Shown here piece after piece: positions 25,100 to 35,392 of a stretch of DNA of 38,685 bases. Source of the DNA: Bacillota bacterium (GTDB taxonomy: Bacteria; Bacillota; Clostridia; Peptostreptococcales; Anaerovoracaceae); the NCBI GenBank assembly GCA_029219125.1, contig JAQXSU010000136.1, positions 1 through 38,685 of the forward strand, written 5' to 3'. The notes under the pieces were generated by a model. It was given only the letters and a program-made list of their open reading frames with translations. It was not told where the DNA came from and did not search any database. A program made the position numbers and the translations under genes. Positions within the stretch are counted from its first letter, which is position 1; every line of letters starts with the position of its first letter.

Positions 25100-26080
25100 T
25101 CATGCATTCAGAAGCTGAACCATCAGCTCGCCGTCGATATTGCCGCCGCTCATGACCAGGGCCACGTTTTGTCCGCCAACTCTGTCCCGGTTGTCCATGA
25201 CCGCTGCCACAGTGGATGCGCTGGCTCCCTCCACGATAAACTTTTCTTCCTTGATCATGTATTTCACAGCTTTACGGATCGATGCTTCCTTTACCTCGAT
25301 GATGTCATCGATATAGTCCCGCAAAATCTCAAATGCCAGCTTTCCCACGCCGCCTACCAGCGCGTCGCAGACCGTGTCGCCGGTTACAGGATATTCTTCA
25401 TAGAACACATCGTCGGCAAAAGCCCGAATCATGGCAGGGCACGCCTCCGTCTGCACTCCGATGATACGGATATCCGGGCGGACGGATTTGGCATAAACCG
25501 CAATCCCCGTACTGAGACCGCCGCCGCCGATGGGCACCACGATAGTATCGATCTGCGGATTTTGCTCCAGAATTTCCAGGGCAATGGTACCCTGACCGCC
25601 GTAGATCTTCGGATCATCATAGTACGCATCGATATAGGTCATGCCATGTTCTTCTATGTACGCCATGCCCAGCCGGTGTGCTTCATCGTAATTTTTTCCC
25701 AGAAGCATGGCCTGCGCACCATAGAACCGGATTTTATCCACTTTCGCCTTCGGTGTGGTCTCCGGCACGATGACGACTGCATTTTCAATACCCAGAATCT
25801 GTGCCGCATAGCTGACGGAGGCACCGTGATTTCCGGAAGAAATAGTGGCCACACCGCGGCGGCGTTCCTCTTCGGTCAGGGTCGTCATCTTGCTCAGGGC
25901 GCCGCGAAGCTTGAAGCTCTTCACGGTCTGGGCACATTCCAGCTTAAAGAAGTACCGTCTTCCGTCTTCACCCAGATAAAGTGACTCTTCCAGCGGCGTT
26001 CTGTAAATATACGGTTTGATTCTCTCGTAGGCATCCCGCACCTCCTGTGCGGAGAAGGCCTCAGATGATGTGCATTTCAT
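25100..26080 (-). CDS. PLP-dependent serine/threonine dehydratase family enzyme (no ACT domain)
   Basis: FKLECAQTVKSFKLRGA (PLP lysine), SSGNHGASV and GGGGL. 326 aa. Its start overlaps the gpsA 3' end by 20 nt. Confidence 0.75.
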   Translation of the reverse strand: MKCTSSEAFSAQEVRDAYERIKPYIYRTPLEESLYLGEDGRRYFFKLECAQTVKSFKLRGALSKMTTLTEEERRRGVATISSGNHGASVSYAAQILGIENAVVIVPETTPKAKVDKIRFYGAQAMLLGKNYDEAHRLGMAYIEEHGMTYIDAYYDDPKIYGGQGTIALEILEQNPQIDTIVVPIGGGGLSTGIAVYAKSVRPDIRIIGVQTEACPAMIRAFADDVFYEEYPVTGDTVCDALVGGVGKLAFEILRDYIDDIIEVKEASIRKAVKYMIKEEKFIVEGASASTVAAVMDNRDRVGGQNVALVMSGGNIDGELMVQLLNA

Positions 26081-27071
26081 TTTTCATCCCCCGGTTCATC
26101 AGATAATTGACGGCATCTCTGGCTTCCATCTCGCCATGGATTACCTTATAAATACTTTCTGTGATCGGCATTTCGATACGGTGCTGCTGTGCCAGAGCCC
26201 AGGCTGCTTCTGCAGTGGATATTCCCTCGACCACCATGCCGATTTCCTGCGTTGCCTGTTCCGGCGGCATGCCCTTTCCAATCAGGATGCCGCAGCGTCG
26301 GTTTCTGGAATGCATACTGGTGCAGGTAACGATCAGATCGCCGATCCCGGTCAGTCCGGAAAAGGTTTCCACATCCGCACCCAGACAGGTTCCCAGTCGG
26401 CACATTTCCGTGATTCCCCGGGTCATAAGTGCAGCCTTCGCATTGTCTCCATAGCCCAGTCCATCGGACACACCGGCACCCAGGGCAATGATATTTTTCA
26501 GCGCACCGCCCAGCTCCACGCCAGCCATATCGCTGTTTCTGTACACCCGTAAGCGATCCGTAATGAAGATTTCCTGCACCTCCCCGGCCAGATCCTCATT
26601 CTCCGCTGCCACTGCTACCGTAGTCGGAAGATTTCTGGCAACCTCCTCCGCATGAGACGGACCGGACAACGCTACGTACCGCACCTTCGGCATGATTTCA
26701 CAGGCCACCTGGCTGAGCCGGAGAAGCGTACCCTTTTCGATGCCTTTCGCTACATTGACCACGATGGTCTCCTGTTTCAGATACGGTCTCGCATCTGAAA
26801 AAACGCTCCGAAAGGTCTGAGCAGGCACAGAAAACAGTGCTGCATCTGCATCCTGCAGCGCCTCCTCCAGCGTATATGCCATATTCAGTTCCTCCGGCAG
26901 ACGAACCCCCGGCAAGTAATGGGGATTTTCGCGGGTTTCTTTCATCAGATCCAGCTGCGCCCGTTTCCGCCCCCAGATTCTGACCTCATGTCCCTTTCCC
27001 GCCAGCACCATAGCCAGTGCAGTGCCGAAGCTTCCTGCACCGATGACGCCGATTTTTTTCTTTTGCATCAT
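26061..27071 (-). CDS. gpsA: NAD(P)H-dependent glycerol-3-phosphate dehydrogenase
   Basis: Rossmann motif KIGVIGAGSFGTALA, then NVAKGIE and GALKNIIALGAG. 336 aa. Confidence 0.9.
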   Translation of the reverse strand: MMQKKKIGVIGAGSFGTALAMVLAGKGHEVRIWGRKRAQLDLMKETRENPHYLPGVRLPEELNMAYTLEEALQDADAALFSVPAQTFRSVFSDARPYLKQETIVVNVAKGIEKGTLLRLSQVACEIMPKVRYVALSGPSHAEEVARNLPTTVAVAAENEDLAGEVQEIFITDRLRVYRNSDMAGVELGGALKNIIALGAGVSDGLGYGDNAKAALMTRGITEMCRLGTCLGADVETFSGLTGIGDLIVTCTSMHSRNRRCGILIGKGMPPEQATQEIGMVVEGISTAEAAWALAQQHRIEMPITESIYKVIHGEMEARDAVNYLMNRGMKNEMHII

Positions 27072-27080
27072 TTCTACCCC

Positions 27081-27704
27081 TTATTTCTTAAACGACATTT
27101 TCGGTTCTTCTCCACGCAGAAGCCTTCCGATATTGGCACGGTGCTTCACGATCACGATGACTGCCATGATAAATCCCGGTGCGAAAAAACCAGGTTCCAG
27201 GAACCATGCCAGTGCTGGAAACGATACTGCACCCATGATGGAACCAACTGACATGCGGCGGGTCAGCAGCACGAAAACCGCCACCACTGCCAGAACCGCC
27301 AGCCCAAGCTGCCAGTTGACTGCCGTAATGACACCGAATGCCGTCGCCACGCCTTTTCCGCCTTTGAAGTGGTACAGGCACGGCCAGATGTGTCCGCAGA
27401 ACGCTGCAACCGCACAAAGGGTTCCCGCGGTATACCCGCCCATCAGGAATCCCAGTTTCACTGCGAGAAATCCCTTGAGAATATCCACAACCATGGTGAT
27501 CAGGGCAGCCTTCTTTCCCAGGGTACGAAGCACATTGGTGGTTCCGGCATTGCCGCTTCCCACTTTCTTGATATCGATGCCGTTCATTTTTCCCAGAATG
27601 ATCGCCGGGGAAATATTCCCCAGGAAATAGGCAATCACGATGGAAAGCAGCCCGGCTGCCGTGAAATCGGATGATAAAAATACAACTGGTGAAAATGAAA
27701 GCAT
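27081..27704 (-). CDS. plsY: Glycerol-3-phosphate acyltransferase PlsY (acyl-phosphate dependent)
   Basis: YFLGNISPAIILGK, GSGNAGTTNVLR and HFKGGKGVAT. 207 aa. Its start shares one base with the der stop (TAATG). Confidence 0.9.
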   Translation of the reverse strand: MLSFSPVVFLSSDFTAAGLLSIVIAYFLGNISPAIILGKMNGIDIKKVGSGNAGTTNVLRTLGKKAALITMVVDILKGFLAVKLGFLMGGYTAGTLCAVAAFCGHIWPCLYHFKGGKGVATAFGVITAVNWQLGLAVLAVVAVFVLLTRRMSVGSIMGAVSFPALAWFLEPGFFAPGFIMAVIVIVKHRANIGRLLRGEEPKMSFKK

Positions 27705-29029
27705 TATTCGATCTTTTCTCCTTTCTCCCGGAACACAAACTTCAGAGAAGTCCCTGCGAAGCCGTATCCCTCCCGGATCTTGTTTTCCAGATACCGGGCA
27801 TAGGAAAAGTGCATCAGTTCCCGATCATTGATCTGGAAGCTGAACAGCGGCGGTTTCACGCCCACCTGCGTCACATAGTATATCTTCAGCCGTCTGCCCT
27901 TGTCTGACGGCGGCTGTTTCATCATGGTTGCATCGGAAATCAGGCTGTTCAGCTGACCGGTCGGCACACGCATGGCGCGATTTTCTGCCACCGCTCTTGC
28001 CATGTCTATGACCTGATTCACACGGACCTTGTCCTTGACGGAGATAAACAGGGAAGGTGCATAGGACATGAACTGCATTTCCGCCTCGATCAGCCGCTGG
28101 AAATCACGCATGGTATTGGTCTCCTTCTGAATCAGATCCCACTTGTTCACCACAACGATGATTCCCTTTCCCGCTTCATGGGCCACGCCTGCAATCTTCT
28201 TGTCCTGATCGGTGATTCCCTCTGCTGCATCGATCATCAGAAGGCATACATCGCACCGCTCGATGGCTGCCACCGCACGGATCACACTGTACCGTTCGAT
28301 ATCTTCATTGACCTTGCTCTTGCGGCGGATTCCGGCAGTATCGATCAGGATATATTTTTCTCCATCCTTTTCAAACGGCGTGTCGATGGAATCCCGGGTC
28401 GTTCCTGCAATCGGGGAAACAATCACTCTGTTTTCTCCCAGCAGACAGTTGATGAGAGAGGATTTTACCACATTCGGTTTTCCGATGACCGCAATTTTCG
28501 TCGCGTCATCGTCCTCATCGTATTCTCCCTTCGGGAAGCTGTGGACCACTTCATCCAGCACATCGCCGAAGCCCAGCATGTTGGCTGCGGAAATCGCCAT
28601 GGGTTCACCCAGCCCCAGTTCATAGAAGTCATAGAAATCCATGGACATCTTCGACGGTGCGTCGATCTTGTTGACCACCAGGATTACCTTCTTGCCGGTA
28701 CGACGCAGCATGGTTGCCACCTCCCGGTCCGCCGTGGTCAGGCCGTCTTTTCCGTCGCACATGAAGATGATCACATCTGCCATATCCATGGCAATCTGCG
28801 CCTGTTCACGCATCTGTGAAAGGATGATATCGGCACTGGAAGGCTCGATACCGCCTGTATCGATCAGTGCGAAGTGAATGCTGTTCCACTCTGCCTCTGC
28901 ATAAATCCGGTCTCTGGTTACACCCGGTGTATCTTCCACGATGGACACCCGGCGTCCCACGATCCGGTTAAAAAACGTGGATTTTCCAACGTTTGGTCTG
29001 CCGACTACGGCAACGATCGGTTTACTCAT
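27704..29029 (-). CDS. der: Ribosome-assembly GTPase Der (EngA)
   Basis: Two tandem G domains ([13 protein letters not shown] and [13 protein letters not shown]) and a KH-like C-terminus. 441 aa. Confidence 0.95.
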   Translation of the reverse strand: MSKPIVAVVGRPNVGKSTFFNRIVGRRVSIVEDTPGVTRDRIYAEAEWNSIHFALIDTGGIEPSSADIILSQMREQAQIAMDMADVIIFMCDGKDGLTTADREVATMLRRTGKKVILVVNKIDAPSKMSMDFYDFYELGLGEPMAISAANMLGFGDVLDEVVHSFPKGEYDEDDDATKIAVIGKPNVVKSSLINCLLGENRVIVSPIAGTTRDSIDTPFEKDGEKYILIDTAGIRRKSKVNEDIERYSVIRAVAAIERCDVCLLMIDAAEGITDQDKKIAGVAHEAGKGIIVVVNKWDLIQKETNTMRDFQRLIEAEMQFMSYAPSLFISVKDKVRVNQVIDMARAVAENRAMRVPTGQLNSLISDATMMKQPPSDKGRRLKIYYVTQVGVKPPLFSFQINDRELMHFSYARYLENKIREGYGFAGTSLKFVFREKGEKIE

Positions 29030-29921
29030 CGAAAATTCCTCCTATAAACCATGCCGGATCGAAGGCCATCAGATCTTCGATACCTTCACCTACGCCGATA
29101 AACTTCACCGGCATGTCAAATTCATCTGCCACGGTAATGGCAATCCCGCCCTTGGCCGTTCCGTCCAGCTTGGTCAGCACGATACCTGTGATATCTGCCA
29201 CATCGCCGAACTCCTTGGCCTGGGAAACCGCATTCTTTCCCGTGGTGGCATCCAGCACCAGCAGAGTCTCCCTGGACGCCTCCGGATATTCTCTGGAAAT
29301 GATCTTGTTCATCTTTTCCAGTTCATTCATCAGATTCTTTTTATTCTGCAGCCTGCCTGCCGTATCGCATATTAACACATCAATGTTCTTCGCTCTGGCA
29401 GACTGAATTGCATCAAAGATCACAGCAGAAGGATCCGCACCTTCCTGATGCTTCACCACATTGATCCCGTTTCTTTGTCCCCAGATGGCCAGCTGTTCTG
29501 CTGCTGCCGCACGGAACGTATCTGCTGCCGCAAGCATGACAGATTTTCCCTCTGATTTGAGACGGTGAGCCAGTTTCCCTATGGTGGTCGTCTTACCGCC
29601 TCCGTTGATGCCGATCATAAGAACAACCAGCGGGCTGTCCTGACAGAGGACCTGCCGCTGTCCCTTATCCACCAGACCGATCATGATCTCCTTCAGGGCT
29701 TCCTTCACCTTTTCCGGCTGGGTAATATTTTCATTTTTAATCTTCGAACGGAGATTCTCCATGATACGTATGGTGGTATCCATGCCGATATCGGAAGTGA
29801 TCAGCACCTCTTCCAGCTCATCCATCAGATCCTCGTCCACCTCTGCACGCATCATGATGACATCGCTGATTTTTTCAGAAAGCCGTCCAAAGAAGGATTT
29901 CTTTTCACCAAATAATGACAT
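29022..29921 (-). CDS. ftsY: Signal recognition particle receptor FtsY (NG domains only)
   Basis: [24 protein letters not shown] and [10 protein letters not shown]. 299 aa. It overlaps the der start by 8 nt. Confidence 0.95.
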   Translation of the reverse strand: MSLFGEKKSFFGRLSEKISDVIMMRAEVDEDLMDELEEVLITSDIGMDTTIRIMENLRSKIKNENITQPEKVKEALKEIMIGLVDKGQRQVLCQDSPLVVLMIGINGGGKTTTIGKLAHRLKSEGKSVMLAAADTFRAAAAEQLAIWGQRNGINVVKHQEGADPSAVIFDAIQSARAKNIDVLICDTAGRLQNKKNLMNELEKMNKIISREYPEASRETLLVLDATTGKNAVSQAKEFGDVADITGIVLTKLDGTAKGGIAITVADEFDMPVKFIGVGEGIEDLMAFDPAWFIGGIFDE

Positions 29922-29948
29922 TCCTGTCCTCCTGTCTTACATCTCAAT

Positions 29949-32900
29949 TTACATATCAAAGTTATCGCCCAGCCGCAGAGACAGAACCTTGGAAATACCC
30001 TGTTCCGGCATGGTCACGCCATACAGCACATCCGCATGCTCCATGGTTGCCTTCTGGTGCGTTACGATGGCGAACTGGATATTTTCAAACTTCCGCAAAT
30101 AGGTGGCGAACCGGTCGATATTGGCATCGTCCAGCGCAGCTTCCACCTCGTCCAGTATGCAGAACGGGGTCGGCTTGGTCTTCAGCACAGCAAACATCAG
30201 GGCGATGGCCGTCATGGTCTTTTCACCGCCGGACATCAGATTGATATTCTGCAGTTTCTTTCCAGGCGGCTGTGCGATGATCTCAATGCCTGCCTCCAGC
30301 GGGTTGTTCTCATCATCCAGACGCAGTTCCGCATGACCACCGCCGAACAGCTGACGGAAAATATCCTCGAAATTGATTACGATCTGATCAAAGTTTTCCT
30401 TAAACCTTTCACGGATGGTTTTATCCATATCCTGAATAATCTTTTTCAGTTCATCCATGGCCGTCAGAATATCCGCACGCTGCTCCGTCAGGAAGTTATA
30501 CCGTTCGCTGACCTGCTCATACTCCCGGATAGAACCTACATTCACATCGCCCAGCTCACGGATCCTGTTTCGGATCTCACGGCTTTCTTTTGTCGCCGTT
30601 GACATGACGAAATCCTGCTTTTTGAATTCCATGGCCTGCAGGTAGGAAACCTCGAATTCCTCCCACAGTTTTTCCTTAAAAGTATCAAGCTGCGTGTCAT
30701 TCTTCGCGATTTTAATTTCTGCCTGATATTTCTGATCCTGGAAGGCATTCAGCCGGTCTGCAGCCTGTGACTGCTGCTCCGAAATCCTGTTGATGGTTTC
30801 CGACAAGCCTGCCCGCTCCCGACTGACTTCCTGAATATAGCGTTCCAGTTCTTCCTTTTCCTTTTCTTTTGCTTCTGCCTGTCCGGCTGCATCCTCCGAA
30901 CCGAAAAGGATCCGGTTCTTTTCCCCTTCCAGCTGATCCATCTGCTGCCTGCGAAGGTCCATCTGTGCCTGAAGATCCTCGGCAGTTTCCTTCACACGGT
31001 TCAGCAGTTCTTCCAGAGAGGTTACCCTGCTGTCCCAGTTGTTCTTCGTAATCCTGGTCTGGGTAATGGCTTCGTTGGCAAGCTGTACCTGCTCTTTCGC
31101 CTTTTCCCAGTCTTCCATGCTGCGATCAATTCCTGTCTGTACTTCGTCGATTTTCTTCTCAAAATCCGCCGCCTCCAGCAGATATGCTTCGATCATTCTG
31201 TCTGCTTCTGCGAAATCTTTTTCAATGGCAGCCAGTTCTTTTTCCGCTTTTTCTTTTCCTCCGGACAGATCCTTTCCGCTCTCTTCCAGCGTCCTGATTC
31301 TGGTTTCCAGGGTAGTTGCCTGCAGTTCTGCCTGATGATAGTCCCTCTGAGTATCTTCAATGACATCTCCCATTTCACTGACAATGTCCTGCAGTTCTTC
31401 CAGACGTTCGGCGACCTCTGCCGACTCTTTTCTGAGCTGTTTTATCTGTTCATCCAGACGGTAGATTTCCTGCTTTCTTTCCAGCAGGTTCGCTGTGGCA
31501 TTCTTATATTTACCGCCGGTGATGGCACCGCTCACATTGATGATCTCGCCATCCAGTGTAACGAAACGAAGTCCCGAAGTACCCTGCATTTTGGAAAGCT
31601 TGACCGCATGATCCATATCATCCACGATGGCAACCCTGCCAAGCAGATAACTGAAGATTCCCTCGTATTCCGGCTTATACTTCACACAGTCAGCGGCAAG
31701 GCCCAGATAGCCTTCCACCTGCTCGATCCGCCGCTCCACATCCGCTTTGCGGCCTCTGACAGAGCCCAGCGGCAGGAATGTACATCTGCCCGCTTTGTTT
31801 TCTTTCAGAAGACGGATTGCCGCCTTGGCATCTTCATCATCCTCACAGACGATATTCTGCATGGCGCCGCCCAGGGCTGTTTCCACGGCAACCTCATATC
31901 CTTCCGGCACCTGCATCAGATCCGCAACCACACCGCGGATTCCGGAAAGACGGCTCCGCATGATATAGCGGACCGCACCGTTATAGCCCTCATAGTTATG
32001 CTCCATCTCTTCGATGGTTTTTTTCCGGGCGGCAAGCTGGGTTCCCTGTATGCGCAGGTCTTCCCGTTTTTTTGACAGGACCTGAATTTCTTCATCATAT
32101 TCCACCCGGTCCGCCCGCGCTTCTTCCAGAGAAGAACGCAGTGTTTCCAAAAGCTCATCGGCTTCTGACTTTTCTTTCTGCGCTGCTTTCATCAGGTTCT
32201 CATAGGCTGCCGCATTGCGCTCCATCTCTTCCTGATCCTGATGCAGCTGTCTTCTCCGCTTTTCCAGGGTTTCTTTATAGTTCTCATAGGTCCTGGCTTC
32301 TGACTTTTTCTCAGACACCTGGTTATGAAGCTGAAAGATCTGATTCTTACCCTGCTCCACTGCATCCGAAAAACCGTTTGCCTCTGCCAGCACCCGGTTA
32401 TATGCATCGATTTTTTCGGTAAGAAGCTGTTCTGCACCAGCCAGCTGTGCCTCCACTTCCGCTTTCTGCTCCTCCAGCTTCTGTCCGTTTTCCAGTTCCC
32501 GGACCAGCTTTTCATTGAACTGGACAATCTCTTCTTCCAGGCGGACCTTATCCCGCTGAATGGCAGAAACACGTTCTTCATTGAGCTGTGACTGGCTGGT
32601 CAGCCGGTTGATTTCCTCTACTTTTTCCAGAAGCTTGTCCCTTGCCTCATTGCCCAGCTGTTCCAGATGATCATTCCTCTGACGGCTTTCTGCCAGCTGC
32701 CGGTCCATTTCCTCTTTCGCACCGGTCAGTTCCCCGATGGACGCAGCCAGCTCCTCCATATCCTGCTTCAGTGCCTCATTGGCACTGTCCAGTTTCTCGA
32801 TACTTTTCAGCGTGATATTGATTTCCAGTTCCCGGTATCTGTCTTTCAGTTCCAGATACTCTCTGGCTTTGATGCTGTCCTCGCGAAGACCGTCGATGCG

Positions 32901-33500
32901 GCCCTCGATCTCACTGACAATATCGTTGACCCGATCCAGATTCCCGGTTGTAGCAGCCAGCTTCCGCTCTGCTTCTGCTTTTTTGCTCTTATACAGTACC
33001 ACACCGGCAGCTTCCTCGAAGATCTCTCTGCGGCTCTCCGGCTTGCTGCTGACGATATCCGCTATTTTTCCCTGACCGATGATAGAATATCCGTCCACAC
33101 CGATTCCCGTATCCATGATCAGCTCTCTGATATCTCTGAGCCGGCAGTGGTTATTATTGATCAGGTATTCACTTTCTCCGGAGCGGTACATGCGCCGGGT
33201 GATGGCAACTTCGTTATAGTCAATGGGAAGAATCCCTGTCGTATTGTCAATGACAAGGGTTACTTCCGCCATACCTCTTGATTTTCTGCTTGCTGTGCCG
33301 GCGAAGATGACTTCCTCCATCTTACCGCCCCGCAGCATCTTGGGACTCTGTTCTCCCAGAACCCAGCGGATCGCATCGCTGATGTTGGATTTACCGCTTC
33401 CGTTGGGTCCCACAATACATGTCACACCTTCATGAAATTCAATCACCACAGGCTCTGCGAAAGACTTGAATCCATGCATTTCCAGTCTTTTAAAATACAT
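29949..33500 (-). CDS. smc: Chromosome segregation protein SMC
   Basis: 1183 aa. Walker A GPNGSGKSN, long coiled coils, a central hinge, the signature LSGGEKTMTAIAL and Walker B FCILDEVEAALD. Confidence 0.95.
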   Translation of the reverse strand: MYFKRLEMHGFKSFAEPVVIEFHEGVTCIVGPNGSGKSNISDAIRWVLGEQSPKMLRGGKMEEVIFAGTASRKSRGMAEVTLVIDNTTGILPIDYNEVAITRRMYRSGESEYLINNNHCRLRDIRELIMDTGIGVDGYSIIGQGKIADIVSSKPESRREIFEEAAGVVLYKSKKAEAERKLAATTGNLDRVNDIVSEIEGRIDGLREDSIKAREYLELKDRYRELEINITLKSIEKLDSANEALKQDMEELAASIGELTGAKEEMDRQLAESRQRNDHLEQLGNEARDKLLEKVEEINRLTSQSQLNEERVSAIQRDKVRLEEEIVQFNEKLVRELENGQKLEEQKAEVEAQLAGAEQLLTEKIDAYNRVLAEANGFSDAVEQGKNQIFQLHNQVSEKKSEARTYENYKETLEKRRRQLHQDQEEMERNAAAYENLMKAAQKEKSEADELLETLRSSLEEARADRVEYDEEIQVLSKKREDLRIQGTQLAARKKTIEEMEHNYEGYNGAVRYIMRSRLSGIRGVVADLMQVPEGYEVAVETALGGAMQNIVCEDDEDAKAAIRLLKENKAGRCTFLPLGSVRGRKADVERRIEQVEGYLGLAADCVKYKPEYEGIFSYLLGRVAIVDDMDHAVKLSKMQGTSGLRFVTLDGEIINVSGAITGGKYKNATANLLERKQEIYRLDEQIKQLRKESAEVAERLEELQDIVSEMGDVIEDTQRDYHQAELQATTLETRIRTLEESGKDLSGGKEKAEKELAAIEKDFAEADRMIEAYLLEAADFEKKIDEVQTGIDRSMEDWEKAKEQVQLANEAITQTRITKNNWDSRVTSLEELLNRVKETAEDLQAQMDLRRQQMDQLEGEKNRILFGSEDAAGQAEAKEKEKEELERYIQEVSRERAGLSETINRISEQQSQAADRLNAFQDQKYQAEIKIAKNDTQLDTFKEKLWEEFEVSYLQAMEFKKQDFVMSTATKESREIRNRIRELGDVNVGSIREYEQVSERYNFLTEQRADILTAMDELKKIIQDMDKTIRERFKENFDQIVINFEDIFRQLFGGGHAELRLDDENNPLEAGIEIIAQPPGKKLQNINLMSGGEKTMTAIALMFAVLKTKPTPFCILDEVEAALDDANIDRFATYLRKFENIQFAIVTHQKATMEHADVLYGVTMPEQGISKVLSLRLGDNFDM

Positions 33501-34185
33501 TTAGTTCTCCTCTCTCCAGTGCCTTTCTGGCAGCATTCTGTTCGGCTTCCTTTTTGCTCTTTCCGCTGCCGCTTCCAAGAATCTGTCCGTTGCATTCCAA
33601 ATGGACGAAGAAGGTCTTATCGTGAGCCGGACCTTCTTCCCGGTCAATTTCATAGGTAATGGTGACACTGCTGCCCTTCTTCTGCAGCAGTTCCTGCACC
33701 TCTGATTTATAGTCAGAAAACAGCTTTCCCCCGACAGCCTTGTCGATGGTATCGCTGAAAACCCGCACGACGAACTTTTCTGCCGCTTCATATCCACCGT
33801 CCAGAAACATGGCGCCGATGATGGCTTCCATGGCATCTGCCAGGATGGAATCCTTCTGTCTGCCGCCGGCACTTTCCTCACCGTGACCCATATTGATGAA
33901 CTGTCCCACATGCAGGGTACGTGCCACCTGGGCCAGTGATTTCTCACAGACAATCAGAGCCCGGGTCTTGGTCAGTTTACCTTCCGTTGCCGGCCCCATA
34001 CGCTGAAACAGTTCAACACTGACGATGGCATCGAAAAACGCATCCCCCAGAAACTCCAGACGCTCATTATCCTTGTGGTGGGTATTCTGCTCTTTGTTAA
34101 AAGAACTGTGGGTCAGTGCCCGCTCCAGATAATCTTCATTCTGAAATTTATATCCAATGATTTTTTCAAATTCTTTTTTATTCAC
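33490..34185 (-). CDS. rnc: Ribonuclease III
   Basis: RNase III signature ERLEFLGDA and a C-terminal dsRBD (GPAHDKTF...SKKEAEQNAA). The likely start is the GTG at 34185 (VNKKEFEKIIGYKF), which overlaps the plsX stop. The track start at 34239 lies inside plsX. The 3' end overlaps the smc start by 11 nt. Confidence 0.9.
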   Translation of the reverse strand: MNKKEFEKIIGYKFQNEDYLERALTHSSFNKEQNTHHKDNERLEFLGDAFFDAIVSVELFQRMGPATEGKLTKTRALIVCEKSLAQVARTLHVGQFINMGHGEESAGGRQKDSILADAMEAIIGAMFLDGGYEAAEKFVVRVFSDTIDKAVGGKLFSDYKSEVQELLQKKGSSVTITYEIDREEGPAHDKTFFVHLECNGQILGSGSGKSKKEAEQNAARKALERGELNVF

Positions 34186-35191
34186 CGAGTGTAATCTCCT
34201 CAATTTCCAGTACGGAATTCTGTATGGTATCCACAACATTTCCCTCTACGAAAGGAATCCCTTTTAAAATCGTGTTTTTCACAGCATTGGCGCTGGAAGA
34301 ACCATGCATTTTCACGATCGGCCCCTTTACACCCAGAATCGGTGCGCCGCCATATTCCGAATAGTCAAATTCTTTTTTCAACTCTTTCATCTTGTCAAGC
34401 AGCAGTGCTGCGCCCAGCTTGGCCTTGGCGCCATCGGTAAATTTGCTCTTGATCAGTTTCAGAATATTCCATGCCAGACCCTCTGTCAGCTTCAGGATCA
34501 CATTTCCCGTAAAACCATCTGCCACAATGACATCGCAGGCGCCTTTCGGAACATCTCTGGCTTCCACATTACCGATGAAGTTCATATCGCTGTGTTCCAG
34601 AAGATCGTAGGCAGCCTTCGTCAGGGTGGATCCTTTCGCTGCTTCTGCGCCAAGGTTCACAAGACCTACCCGCGGATTCTTTCTTCCAAGAACCTTTTCC
34701 ATGTAGATATTTCCCATGATTCCGAATTCCAGCAGGTTATTCGGCTTGCACTCTGCATTGGCACCGGCATCCACCAGCAGGGACGGGATACTTCCCACAA
34801 TCGGATAAACACTTGCCAGTGCCGGACGGTCAATACCCTGGATTCTTCCCAGGATAAAAAGTCCGCCTGCCATCAGTGCGCCTGTGCTTCCTGCCGAAAT
34901 GAAGATATCACCTTCACCCTTTTTCACCATATTGATGCCGCGGACAATGGAAGAGTCCTTCTTGGACCGCACCGCACGGACCGGAGCTTCTTCATTGCTG
35001 ATGACTTCTCTCGCATCAATCACCGTGATTTTCTTTTCGTCATATTTGTATTTTGCCAGTTCCGCCTGAATCAGCTCCTGCTGACCGATAATCTGTATTT
35101 CGTGTTCAATTTCCTTAGACGCCAGAACTGCACCTTCCACCACTGCTGCAGGCGCGTTGTCTCCGCCCATACCATCTAATATGATTCTCAT
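34178..35191 (-). CDS. plsX: Phosphate acyltransferase PlsX
   Basis: MRIILDGMGGDNAP, SAGSTGA and DGFTGN. 337 aa. Confidence 0.95.
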   Translation of the reverse strand: MRIILDGMGGDNAPAAVVEGAVLASKEIEHEIQIIGQQELIQAELAKYKYDEKKITVIDAREVISNEEAPVRAVRSKKDSSIVRGINMVKKGEGDIFISAGSTGALMAGGLFILGRIQGIDRPALASVYPIVGSIPSLLVDAGANAECKPNNLLEFGIMGNIYMEKVLGRKNPRVGLVNLGAEAAKGSTLTKAAYDLLEHSDMNFIGNVEARDVPKGACDVIVADGFTGNVILKLTEGLAWNILKLIKSKFTDGAKAKLGAALLLDKMKELKKEFDYSEYGGAPILGVKGPIVKMHGSSSANAVKNTILKGIPFVEGNVVDTIQNSVLEIEEITLGE

Positions 35192-35266
35192 CGTCGATCT
35201 CCTCCGATTTTTAACACATTTGCTACTCTGTATCCTTGCCTGAAAAGACAGACTGATACAACTTAA

Positions 35267-35295
35267 ATCATACCATAACTCCGGGGAAAAAACAA
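35267..35295 (-). promoter_or_regulatory. Putative sigma-A promoter for the plsX array
   Basis: On the minus strand TTGTTT (35295-35290), a 17-nt spacer, then TATGAT (35272-35267) with an upstream TG (extended -10). Confidence 0.4.
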
Positions 35296-35321
35296 CAAAA
35301 AGGACATCTGGAAAAACACGT

Positions 35322-35350
35322 TTTTCATCCGGCGGATTTTGTGGTATAAT
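35322..35350 (+). promoter_or_regulatory. Putative extended -10 promoter for the AEC permease gene
   Basis: TTTTCA (35322-35327), a 17-nt spacer, then TGgTATAAT (35342-35350). Confidence 0.45.
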
Positions 35351-35392
35351 GGCAGGTAGCTTCGCAGCAATTTACAGTTAGGGAGTTCATTC

